DNA from: Macrostomum lignano
Taxonomy: Eukaryota
Direction: 5' to 3'
Assembly: GCA_002269645.1 (NCBI GenBank)
Contig: NIVC01002114.1
Span: 62,001 to 126,000, forward strand
DNA: 64,000 bases
In this document: piece after piece, positions 1-12,159 of the stretch
How positions within the stretch are numbered: position 1 is the stretch's first letter
How the letters are laid out: the number at the start of each line of letters is the position of its first letter
Program-made: the position numbers and the translations under genes
The notes under the pieces: generated by a model
The model's database searches: none
Seen by the model: only the letters and a program-made list of their open reading frames with translations
What the model was told of the DNA's origin: nothing

Positions 1-454
1 TCCAGTCCCAGTGTACTGAGTACTCCCTGACAGCTTGAAGAGCCCGCGGCCTGCATTGCCCAAAGATAAGAAACAGGCTACAGAGGAATTGAATAGGCGC
101 GGCCCAAAAAAATCCGACCGAAACTGGCATGTATGGGAGAAACAGCCGAGGCACAAGGCGGTAGAAGAGGCAGCTGATTCAGTATATTTTATCGATCGAA
201 GCGAAGCAACAGCGGAGCAACACGCTTCGTTAAGCCCACAGCAACAAGCTAGCGCAACTAGTCAAATTGATGAGAGAGAGAAGGCAAGAGGAAAAAGATG
301 AAGAGATATTTTCTCCCAAGAGGGATTAGCCGTCATGCCGTAACAAGCCTTCCATTTTCCAGGCTAAGTACTTCACCCGAGAGAGATTTGCTGGAAGCGA
401 AAGAACCCAAAGCAAAGGATTCAACTGGCAAGATTATTAGAAGCCCTTCTTTTT

Positions 455-705
455 GGGACACTGGGATTGAGGATAAATCTAGGGCTATGGGACACTGGGA
501 TTGAGGATCAATCTAGGGCTATGGGACACTGGGATTGAGGATAAATCTAGGGCTATGGGACACTGGGATTGAGGATCAATCTAAGGCTATGGGACACTGG
601 GATTGAGGATCAATCTAAGGCTATGGGACACTGGGATTGAGGATCAATCTAAGGCTATGGGACACTGGGATTGAGGATCAATCTAAGGCTATAGGGCACT
701 GGGAT
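455..705. repeat. 34-bp minisatellite (GGGACACTGGGATTGAGGATCAATCTAGGGCTAT), about 7 copies
   Basis: Unit starts at 455 and 489 (period 34) and continues to about 705. Confidence 0.95.
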
Positions 706-983
706 AGCGATTTGAATTTGAAGCGGGGCAATTTGCGAGATCTTTCTAATTTTAAAAGAAATAGCTGAACACGCGTTTTGTCTCCCGCACAACTCGGCCA
801 AGCTCAAAAAGAGGTCTCCAAGTGCGGTGCGCGCGTTCGCAATCCTCATGAAACACCTTGGCCAGCTGAAGGCTTAAGCCAGCCGCATCATCCCTTCACT
901 TGCCCCATACTCATTCATCCCTGCACCAAATTTGTCCACTACCGAGCTTTGCCTTCAATTTCTAGCCTCTCCCCTCTTCAGTG

Positions 984-1153
<170 letters not shown>

Positions 1154-1319
1154 GAGAGAATCGGCCTCGTCCTCTTCTGCCCCAGCGCCTGGCAGCCAAC
1201 AGCGTCCATCCAACCCGTCGCCTACTCGTAGATCCAGTTTTCAACTCTCCCCCATCTTTTCCTCTCTCTCCGCCTCTCGCTGAACCAGTTAGAAATAGAA
1301 ATTGTGGCTCACGAACCGA

Positions 1320-1344
1320 CTGACTGTTTTTTTTTCTTCTAAAG
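1320..1344 (+). promoter_or_regulatory. Candidate 3' splice acceptor (branch point, polypyrimidine tract, AG) upstream of the GPCR ATG
   Basis: CTGAC followed by TGTTTTTTTTTCTTCTAAAG, with AG at 1343-1344, 138 nt before the ATG at 1483. Confidence 0.45.
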
Positions 1345-1482
1345 AGCGAACAAACAGAAGACGAACGCAGCTATAGCAAAGGTTTCGATTCTTCCTTCTT
1401 TTGCAGCATAGCAAATAGCAGAATCTTCGGCTGGTTAAACCTGGCTAATTCAACCGATTCCTGGATTTGAGAGCGAAGCGAC

Positions 1483-2616
1483 ATGATAACACCGTTAGAT
1501 ACAGCTTGGCAAGTGTACACTTTGGATCGGATTGGAGACAAATTTCAATTGCAAATTGTGCAGCTCTGTGAGAGGCCAGATGCCACCGCCGGTAAGGCAA
1601 TCGCAGGCGTTCTATTTGCATGCTGTGCTATTGGCCTCACTATCAACTGCTTGCTTCTAGCAGCTCTAGCAAGAGGAGCGTTTCGAACAACCACAACAGC
1701 AGCTCTGCTAGCCTGGACAGCAATCGTGGATGCGGCAAGTCTTCTAACAATTTGTCTGCCCCTAGCAACTACTACAATAATAACATGGTCTGCAAGAGAT
1801 TTACACCTGTGCCGAGCGTTGCCCTATCTGCAATTGAGCACTCACTCCTGTCAAGCGGGGGCGTATTGTCTGCTGGTTATAGAACGGTTGCTAGGCAACT
1901 GCAGACGCCAATCTCGGTGTTGTCTAGCAACTTCGTTAATTATATCGGCTGTATTATTAATAATTCACCTGCCAATGCTGCCCGATCTGGCACTAGTGCC
2001 CATACTGCCGAAGTCTAACAGCGTTGCTATTGTCAATTCTGGCTCGATTGTCTTATCGAACAATCAATCTCTGGAATGCCTGCTGACACCGAATTCGAAT
2101 ATGTATAATTGGCTAGCATTTGTTATTCAACTGGCATTGCCAGCACTGCTAGCTATTCTACTATGCGGCAAGTTAGCCTTTAGCACCGTCATGGGCGCAG
2201 CCGTGAGCAACGGATTAAACAACGGCGTCGGAACCGATAACGACACCCGACTGATTGGCGACGCAACAACAGTAGAGACGTGGAGCGACCAACTAGCGCT
2301 AACGGGCATAATATCCTACTCAGTATTCCACATGCCAATCACTGCGCTGCGATTTGTAATATTCGAATCGGCCCAATTGCCGCAGTGGAAGTTGCACCTG
2401 CAATTGCCCCAGGTCGGTTCAGCTATTTGCGCAGTTGCCATAGCAACGAGCCTTGCTAGCATAATTCGACCATGCTTTCAACCATTGTTCTATTTGATTA
2501 CGTGTCCGGTATTCAGACGCGATTTAAGGAACAGTCTGTGCCACTGCCGGGGTGGCAGACACCTGCAGCCGAAGGACTCCGTGATGGTGATGCGTTCGAG
2601 GCTGGATTTGCGCTAA
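1483..2616 (+). CDS. Intronless class A (rhodopsin-like) orphan GPCR, 377 aa
   Basis: Seven hydrophobic segments with recognisable but divergent class A motifs: TM1 GLTIN, TM2 AIVD, TM3 end ERL (DRY position), TM5 LALP, TM6 FHMP (CWxP position), TM7 QPLFY (NPxxY position), then a helix-8-like CPVFRRDL. Family-level call only. Confidence 0.85.
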   Translation: MITPLDTAWQVYTLDRIGDKFQLQIVQLCERPDATAGKAIAGVLFACCAIGLTINCLLLAALARGAFRTTTTAALLAWTAIVDAASLLTICLPLATTTIITWSARDLHLCRALPYLQLSTHSCQAGAYCLLVIERLLGNCRRQSRCCLATSLIISAVLLIIHLPMLPDLALVPILPKSNSVAIVNSGSIVLSNNQSLECLLTPNSNMYNWLAFVIQLALPALLAILLCGKLAFSTVMGAAVSNGLNNGVGTDNDTRLIGDATTVETWSDQLALTGIISYSVFHMPITALRFVIFESAQLPQWKLHLQLPQVGSAICAVAIATSLASIIRPCFQPLFYLITCPVFRRDLRNSLCHCRGGRHLQPKDSVMVMRSRLDLR

Positions 2617-3025
2617 TTTCATTTGCTATTTCGAAGAATTTCTTTGCTTTAAAATTGACTACACTTTAAATGATTACAATAACAAATATTAGATACTCCT
2701 GTTTTACCTCGGAATTATTTTGATTAATTTGAAAAATCTGCGAAACAATTTTTTTTAGCATATATGCACAATATTAAAACTAGTTACAATTATAAATTAT
2801 GGCCCGGAATACTTTAAATGATTTTGTAATAAATTTACTGGGCTTCAAAAATTTTTTATTGCCTTTTTCAAGCCCAAGATGACCAAGCAGAGGTCCTTTT
2901 TTCACAGTTTTTTATTTACAATATACCCTGACGAAGACCCTGTTTAGGTCGAAAATTCGGTTATTTTCTTAGAATTAAAGAAATTGTGAATTTGCTTCAA
3001 CTGTGTGCGTGGTTTCATTTCGCAT

Positions 3026-3516
<491 letters not shown>

Positions 3517-4134
3517 TAATATATGCATTCATCTATATTTTTACACTACCCAAACCTTTTCTGTCATAGATTTCTTTCAAAAATGCACGAAAACTCTGAG
3601 AGTTGTCTAATTAAAGAAGAACGGGGGAATACAAGAGGAAAAATATTTTTAAACCAGCAATTAATTATTTCAAGGTCGCGTGATCTGTCTGATAAAAAAA
3701 CTTCTAAAAATAAAACCGACAAAGAGAGACCGACGGAGACCGCAGACTATCGAACTAAACAGATCCCAGTGATAGGATTTGGCACTCAGCTGCTTACTTG
3801 CCTCTCATAGTCTCATTATCTCTTGGGGAAATTTTCTTCAATCATTTTTCTATTTTCCAATATCTAGAGGGCAGCATATTAGATATAAAATACCAAATTT
3901 CGCACGAGTATTGAGCATCATCTAATGGAGATTTACAAAATATCATTTATTCATAAGAGCTGACGTGACTAAAGACCTACAAGGAAGAGCAATGTATTAC
4001 CTGCACGCCGATTAGTGAAACTAAAAGTACTTTTGGCTTTGGAGGCACATTATACACAATTACGAAATGGATTGACAAATTACCATATAGCTGGGGAGTC
4101 GGCATTTTATAATTGGATTTGTTAATTATTGATT

Positions 4135-4145
4135 GACTGACAGAC

Positions 4146-4208
<63 letters not shown>

Positions 4209-4265
4209 CACAGACAGACAGACAGACACACAGACAGACACACAGACAGACAGACAGACAGACAC

Positions 4266-4308
<43 letters not shown>

Positions 4309-4309
4309 C

Positions 4310-4352
<43 letters not shown>

Positions 4353-4375
4353 CACAGACAGACAGACAGACAGAC

Positions 4376-4434
<59 letters not shown>

Positions 4435-4545
4435 CAGGCAGACAGACAGACACAGGCAGACACAGGCAGACAGACAGACACAGGCAGACAGACAGACACA
4501 GGCAGACAGACAGACACATACAGACAGACAGACACAGGCAGACAG
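4135..4545. repeat. (GACA)n compound microsatellite in NFXL1 intron 4
   Basis: GACA/CACA/GGCA units beginning a few nt after the minus-strand GTGAG donor at 4553. Confidence 0.98.
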
Positions 4546-4553
4546 CAGCTCAC

Positions 4554-7500
4554 CAGTTCGTGGCAGTCCAGCTCGCAGCGGTGCCGGCCGCAGTTCATCT
4601 CAGCGCCGCAGGCCCGACCGCAGGAGCGCGGCTTGGCTTCGCAGCAGGGCGCGTTGGCCACCTCGTGGCCGCCCAAACATCGGACGGGCACCGGGGCCCG
4701 ACAGGGTGGACAGGGCAGGCAGCGCAGCTCCTGCACCTCGGCCGGACCGTCCCAGGGTCCGCGAACCTCGCGCTTGATGGTCACCAGTTTAGCGGCGTGA
4801 CAGGGAGATTGACAGGCGTGGCCACAGGGCAGCTCGGCGCCGCACGGCAGGCGGCAGGGCGGGCAGGCGCCGGAGTGGCACGGGTGCGGCTCGCGCGCCG
4901 GATGTCGACAGTCGGGTGGCGCCTGGCAAGGCCGCGGGCAGCGCGGAGGTCGGGGTGGGCCGCGCCGCCGGGAGCCGCAAGGGTGCGCTACTCGAGCGAA
5001 ACCGCACGGGCAGGTAATCACCTGGACAGGGGGTGGAGTGGCGCGAGAAACCGGTTTGATGCAAACCAGAGGAGTTGGGAGACGGTGGCCTTAGCAACCA
5101 ATGCTATCGCCTCTTGGCAACCAATGCTAAGCCTTAACAACCAATCTATAGCCTTAGCAACCAATGCTATGGGCCTTAGCAACCAATGCTATGGGCCTCA
5201 GCAACCAATGCTTTGGGCCTTAGCAACCAATGCTATGGGCCTCAGCAACCAATGCTTTGGGCCTTAGCAACCGATGCTATGGGCCTCAGCAACCAATGCT
5301 ACTGGTCTTAGCAACCAATGCTAAGCCTTAACAACCAATCTATAGCCTTAGCAACCAATGCTATGGCCCTTAGCAACCAATGCTATGGGCCTTAGAAACA
5401 GACAAAATTCCCGATACATGTACACATCAGAAGCTAATTAACCTGTCGCTCGGTACACGGATAGCACGGCCCGCTGTGGCAGGGGCTCTGGCATTTGTGC
5501 TGGCCACAGTTGAGCGGCCTGCCGCACACGGCGTCGCATGGCGGACAGCCGCCGGGACAGCAGCGACGTTTGCACTGGTGGCGGCCGCAGCCGCGATCGC
5601 GCCCGCATTTCACATCGCAGGTTACCTGAGGGAGAAAAGCGAATATGCGTAATTTTAGTTATAGTCGGGTGTCGGTGAGGGGTGTCATTAAGGAGTGTCG
5701 GTTAGGGAGTGTCGGTAAGGGGGTGTCGGTGAGGGGGTGTCGGTAAGGGGGTGTCGGTGAGGGAGTGTCGGTGAGGGAGTGTCGGTGAGGGGGTGTCGGT
5801 GAGGGAGTGTCGGTGAGGGAGTGTCGGTGAGGGGGTGTCGGTAAGGGGGTGTCGGTGAGGGAGTTTCAGTGATAGAATGTCTGTAAGGGAGTGCCGGTAA
5901 GGGGAGTGTCGGTGAGGGAGTGTCGCAGAGGGCGTCAGTGAGAGGTGTCGGTGAGTGGGTGTCGGTTGAGAGGCTGAAGGACAGTGTAATCCAGTGTCAA
6001 AAGAAGTAAAGAATCCTGATTGGGATTCAGGCCAAAGCCAATGCTTGAAATCCGTTTTCCTAATCAGGTCCTTCCGAGCTATTGAATTAAGCTGAGAACG
6101 ATACTCAGAGAGCTAATAAGCTAAACCAGCGGACCGATAATTAACTAAAAGGCATTTTTTAGCCCGGAAATAGACTGCAGACTGCTTCATTTGCGCCACC
6201 CGAGGAGACATTTAATACCGTCTCAAAATTGAGAGACGAGAAAATTGAATTAACGACTCGCACGCAAGGAGCTCAGATGATTTTCACAATCTCTACAATA
6301 ATCGCCTAGATAACAGTCAGAAGAGAGTTATATTTAAAGAAATTAACGATCTGACAGCGCAGAGAACCAGGTCCTCCTGACCTCATAGGGTTTTCTCAAT
6401 TTCGAACACAAAAGTTTTGTCCCAATATTTAAGGCATCAAATGCCTAATCATAAATACTTTAAAGTAGGATACATTTTACTCTGAGATTTTAAACAAAAT
6501 CACACCCAGAGATTTCATACCAGGCAAAATCTCACCCCAGAGATTATATAACAAACAAAATCTCACCCCAGAGATTCCACAACAGACAAAATCTCACCCC
6601 AGAGATTATATACCAGACAAATTCTCACCCCAGAGATTCCACAACAGACAAAATCTCACCCCAGAGATTCTATACCAGATAAAATCTCAACCCAGAGATT
6701 CTATACCAGACAAAATCTCACCCCAGAGATTCTATACCAGATAAAATCTCACCCCTAAAATTGCATCACAGACAAAATCTCCCCACAAAGATTCTACAAC
6801 AGACAAAATCTCACCCCAGAGATTCTATACCAGATAAAATCTCACCCCTGAAATTGCATCACAGACAAAATCTCCCCACAAAGATTCTACAACAGACAAA
6901 ATCTCACCCCAGAGATTCTATACGAGACAAAAAAACTGATAACTACGATTCTGGGCCTAAGATTTAGATTGTCAACAATATGCTCTACTTCTGATAGTAG
7001 TATGAAGACAAGTAAAAAGCGCACCTGTTTATGACATTGAACTTCACGCGTAGTTTTACCGCACCGGCAGGCCTTTCTAACCATCTCTCGGCAGGGCGGG
7101 CACGGGCCCAGGTGGCACTGGTCCGGGCACGCGTGCACACCGCAGGCCAACGACCTGCCGCACGTGTCGGAACACGTCGACAAGACGACATCGTCTGAGC
7201 ACGACAGTCCGGGAAGCGGCAGCTTACCGCATGGGCAGGTTCTGCCGCCTGCGGCGGGCAGGAGCCGCACGGGTCTGAGTGGCAGACCCGTTGGCAGCGG
7301 TGATAGCCGCAGCCCAGATCCCGGTTGCACACTCGGTCGCATTGCCAGTCGCGCTCGGAGCAGAGAACGGCTGGGCGCTGTTGGGAGCCGCAACGACAGG
7401 TGACGGTGTTTAACCGGACTGAGCAGGGCTGGCAGGGACCCGGGTGGCACACTACTGGGCAGCGATGCTCGCAGCCAGCGAGGGGACGGCTGCAGGGTCG

Positions 7501-8559
7501 CTCGCAGGACCTGATAGACACGGTTATTAGGCGGGATGAAGCTTATTTGGCATTGGATAATAAAACTGGAATCTGGGATAAGCGTAGTATCTGGGATAAG
7601 CGTAGCATCTGGGATAAGCGTAGCATCTATGATGAGTGTAGCATCTGGGATAAGCGTAGCATCTGGGATAAGCGTAGCATCTGGGATAAGCGTAGCATCT
7701 GGGATAAGCGTAGCATCTGGGATAAGCGTAGCATCTTGGATAAGCGTAGCATCTGGGAAAAGCGTAGCATCTTGGATAAGCGTAGCATCTGGGAAAAGCG
7801 TAGCATCTGGGAAAAGCGTAGCATCTGGGAAAAGCGTAGCATCTGGGATAAGCGTAGCATCTGGGATAAGCGTAGCATCTGGGATAAGCGTAGCATCTGG
7901 GATAAGCGTAGCATCTAGGATAAGCGTAGAACTCACCAAGTCTGACCGCAGCGCAGCTTCCCAACGCCACCTCCGCCGCAATGACAGGCAACGGTGACAG
8001 TCCGAGGACAGGGCGGGCACCTGCCCGGATGGCACAGCAACAAACATGTGTGCCCGTCGCCGCCGCAGTTTAAAGTCCGATCGCAACGGGAACCGCAGGA
8101 ATGCGGCACCAGCCAGGGATCGAACTCGGGATCTTCAACCCGACCGCAATAGCAGGTGTATCGCTTCGGCACGTCTGCGGCTTTAAAACTGGCCCGACAA
8201 TTCGGGCAAGTCCAACCTGACGAGGAGGCTGCATTAGCCGCCGCTCCTGCATGAGTAATAACTGAACAACTTCGAATCCAACTCAGAGTGCAAGGCAGGT
8301 GCAAGCTAACAAAACAAGCTGGACAAGACCAAATTGGCTGTCTGGCTGTGACATCTTCGATGCAAACCAGACAGGTAGTCTGGCCGCCGCCGCTGCCGTC
8401 AGGTGACTGTTCCTCATCTATTGACGCTCTGACAGCGTCGAGAGCTCCGCCGAAACTTTCAACAGCTTCTTCGTTGCCACCAAAGCTTCTTCGATAATCC
8501 GCAGTTAGCGACTGCATAATCCGGTCTAAGCGATTGGCGTCATTCCAGGACATTTTCAT
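4554..8559 (-). CDS. NFXL1: NF-X1-type zinc finger protein NFXL1-like; 5' four exons (8559-7937, 7510-7025, 5625-5443, 5021-4554); 1-bp frameshift near 7253; 3' exons not found
   Basis: Atypical [37 protein letters not shown], the PWLVPHSCG motif and repeated NF-X1 Cys/His fingers (C..LxCGxHxC...CHxGxCPPC). All junctions are GT-AG with matching phases (2,0,0). Exon 2 changes frame between CGSCP and [10 protein letters not shown]. Confidence 0.92.
5087..5395. repeat. 22-bp minisatellite (TTAGCAACCAATGCTATGGGCC) in NFXL1 intron 3
   Basis: About 14 imperfect copies seen directly. Confidence 0.95.
5668..5970. repeat. 14-15-bp G-rich minisatellite (GTGTCGGTGAGGGA/G) in NFXL1 intron 2
   Basis: About 20 imperfect copies seen directly. 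Confidence 0.95.
6494..6932. repeat. 31-bp minisatellite (CAAAATCTCACCCCAGAGATTCTATACCAGA) in NFXL1 intron 2
   Basis: About 14 imperfect copies seen directly. Confidence 0.95.
7571..7929. repeat. 18-bp minisatellite (CTGGGATAAGCGTAGCAT) filling NFXL1 intron 1
   Basis: About 20 copies; these produce the spurious DATLIP/RSIWDK ORFs. Confidence 0.97.
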
Positions 8560-8580
8560 GCATGCATTTCAATGCCAATG

Positions 8581-10445
8581 GGACTCTGTGTGACCCATGA
8601 CTCCGGTAAATGACGGATCCATCAGCAGGACTCTGTGTGACCCATGACTCCGGTAAATGACGGATCCATCAGCAGGACTCTGTGTGACCCATGACTCCGA
8701 TAAATGATGGATCAATCAGCAGGACTCTCTGTGACCCATGACTCCCGTGAATGATGGATCAATCAGCAGGACTCTCTGTGACCCATGACTCCCGTGAATG
8801 ATGGATCAATCAGCAGGACTCTGTGTGACCCATGACTCCCGTGAATGATGGATCAATCAGCAGGACTCTCTGTGACCATGACTCCCGTGAATGATGGATC
8901 AATCAGCAGGACTCTCTGTGACCCATGACTCCCGTGAATGATGGATCAATCAGCAGGACTCTCTGTGACCCATGACTCCCGTGAATGATGGATCAATCAG
9001 CAGGACTCTGTGACCCTGTGACCCATGACTCCCGTAAACGATGGATCAATCAGCAGGACTCTCTGTGACCATGACTCTCGTGAATGATGGATCAATCAGC
9101 AGGACTCTCTGTGACCCATGACTCCCGTGAATGATGGATCAATCAGCAGGACTCTCTGTGACCCATGACTCCCGTGAATGATGGATCAATCAGCAGGACT
9201 CTGTGACCCTGTGACCCATGACTCCCGTGAATGATGGATCAATTAGCAGGACTCTGTGACCCATGACTCCGTGAATGATGGATCAATCAGCAGGACTCTG
9301 TGACCCATGACTCCGTGAATGATGGATCAATCAGCAGGACTCTGTGACCCATGACTCCCGTGAATGATGGATCAATTAGCAGGACTCTGTGACCCATGAC
9401 TCCGTGAATGATGGATCAATCAGCAGGACTCTGTGACCCATGACTCCCGTGAATGATGGATCAATTAGCAGGACTCTGTGACCCATGACTCCGTGAATGA
9501 TGGATCAATCAGCAGGACTCTGTGACCCATGACTCCCGTGAATGATGGATCAATTAGCAGGACTCTGTGACCCATGACTCCGTGAATGATGGATCAATCA
9601 GCAGGACTCTGTGACCCATGACTCCCGTGAATGATGGATCAATTAGCAGGACTCTGTGACCCATGACTCCCGTGAATGATGGATCAATCAGCAGGACTCT
9701 GTGACCCATGACTCCCGTGAATGATGGATCAATCAGCAGGACTCTGTGACCCATGACTCCGTGAATGATGGATCAATCAGCAGGACTCTGTGACCCATGA
9801 CTCCCGTGAATGATGGATCAATCAGCAGGACTCTGTGACCCATGACTCCCGTGAATGATGGATCAATCAGCAGGACTCTGTGACCCTGTGACCCATGACT
9901 CCCGTGAATGATGGATCAATTAGCAGGACTCTGTGACCCATGACTCCCGTGAATGATGGATCAATCAGCAGGACTCTGTGACCCATGACTCCCGTGAATG
10001 ATGGATCAATCAGCAGGACTCTGTGACCCATGACTCCGTGAATGATGGATCAATCAGCAGGACTCTGTGACCCATGACTCCCGTGAATGATGGATCAATC
10101 AGCAGGACTCTCTGTGACCATGACTCCCGTGAATGATGGATCAATCAGCAGGACTCTGTGACCCATGACTCCCGTGAATGATGGATCAATCAGCAGGACT
10201 CTCTGTGACCCATGACTCCCGTGAATGATGGATCAATCAGCAGGACTCTCTGTGACCCATGACTCCCGTGAATGATGGATCAATCAGCAGGACTCTCTGT
10301 GACCCATGACTCCCGTGAATGATGGATCAATCAGCAGGACTCTGTGACCCTGTGACCCATGACTCCCGTGAATGATGGATCAATCAGCAGGACTCTGTGA
10401 CCCTGTGACCCATGACTCCCGTAAATGATGGATCAATCAGGACGA
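8581..10445. repeat. About 45-bp minisatellite (GGACTCTGTGACCCATGACTCCCGTGAATGATGGATCAATCAGCA), about 40 copies
   Basis: Units vary from 44 to 53 bp; the array ends about 22 nt upstream of the NFXL1 ATG. Confidence 0.97.
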
Positions 10446-11189
10446 CCTTTATGACTATGCCTTATGATTTTTACAAACTACTTTTAAAGAAATTTACAAA
10501 AATTTACTAAACAATTTTGAAAACATAACAATACAAAGCTACTGTATACTTAGGTGCAATACAGAACAGACACACAAACATAGTTGTAAAAAATTGTTTA
10601 AAATATGGGATCATAATTTAGCTAAGATTTCAAGCAACTACGAAGATTTAGGGTGGGTCTACTTGCAAGATATGCTAAAAAATAAATCGATTTTTTCAGT
10701 TCATAAAGCACCGAAAAACTACGGATGATTATCGCTGGAAAGTTGTGACAAATTAAAATAGGACTATTATCATAGACTAACACTAAAATTAAAGCTAAAA
10801 AGCAAAACTGTATTATAACTTGGCAAAATACAATAATAACAAACCAGATCCTAAAGCACTAGCTTGGGCCACTTGTACGAATGCAAAGAAACTATGATTT
10901 ATCAGCTTTTACCATAGACTAAACTGTAGTATTGTACTATAGCTCGTAAAAATAGCATTTTTTATTATGTTTAAGAATTCTAGCATTCATTGTGACACTG
11001 CCAATCATATTTAACCTACGCTTCTACTTTCGTCTATGGTCAAAACATAGTCTATGGTTTATGGCACAGGTAAAGTGTAGAGTCCTGTATCGGTTGTTTG
11101 CTTCCTGGGCCACAAAATACACCAACTTGAGTTTGATAATCCAATTCCCCCCCAATATATTTGAAATCCGATGATCTCACCGCACACGG

Positions 11190-11430
11190 TTTTGGCCATA
11201 GACTATTGTCGTAGCAAGGGATGAATATCGGCAAACTGTTAATGGCCTTAATATAGTTTTGGCCATAGACTATTGTTGAAGCAGGAGATGAATACCGACA
11301 AGCTGTTAATGGCCTCGAGTTTTGGCCATAGACTATTGTTAAAGCACGAGATGAATATCGGCAAGCTGTTAATGGCCTTAATAGAGTTTGGGCCATAGAC
11401 TATTGTCGTAGCACGAGATGAATATCGGGA
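11190..11430. repeat. 63-67-bp tandem repeat containing GGCCATAGACTATTG, about 3.6 copies, with an inverted partial copy near 11032-11046
   Basis: GGCCATAGAC at 11194, 11261, 11324 and 11391; GTCTATGGTCAAAAC (inverted) at about 11032. Confidence 0.85.
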
Positions 11431-11570
11431 AACTTAGGATCAAACTGTTTTAGTATCTGTGATGATGCTGCTGGATATTGGCGCTAACTAATACAGGTAC
11501 AAGTACCGTAATTGCATTGATTTGAAATATATATGCTACATGGCTACATCGCGCACACCAAGTCTCTCAT

Positions 11571-12056
11571 CTAAACCAATTTATCATTAGCATCATCAAT
11601 CGGGCCCATCTCCACCGTCGGCTCCAGCAGCTGATCACCTGGACCAGCGACAGCCGGCGTCTTGTCTTCACCGTCATCTCCCTTGACTTCGGTTATTGGC
11701 GACATCGCGGACGGCTGCTGGTCAGGCCAGATCCGCATAGCAACCATATGGCAGGCGGCTACAGCGCCGAAGGCGAGAGAAGCTCCCGACCAGATTCGAA
11801 GCGTCGGTCGGTTGCCATGGATATGTATGAGGGCGCCGGCGGCTGGGACGCCGAGAGCTTGACCGACGCCGAAGTAGAGGCCCGACACAAGGCCCTGGCG
11901 AGGATTAGTTATAATTAAAATTAATTAGTGCGATTAGCGAGGCTGTTATGAATTAAATATTAATTTCTAAGATGCTGCAAGGGCTTCTAATAAGTTGAGC
12001 CACGAGAACAACTACCAATAAAACCACTAGATACTATCAACACTACGAGAACTATG

Positions 12057-12095
<39 letters not shown>

Positions 12096-12128
12096 CAAAT
12101 ACTACTACCACTACTACTACTACCACTA

Positions 12129-12159
<31 letters not shown>

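Noticed and set aside
1-70. Possible next NFXL1 exon after a minus-strand pyrimidine tract and AG near position 51
   Set aside because: The phase-0 translation (AAGSSSCQGVLSTLGL) lacks the expected Cys/His finger pattern.
6887-8086. 399-aa ORF and antisense ORFs with DATLIP, RSIWDK and SGISVA repeats
   Set aside because: Read-through of the 18-bp intronic minisatellite joined to part of NFXL1 exon 2.
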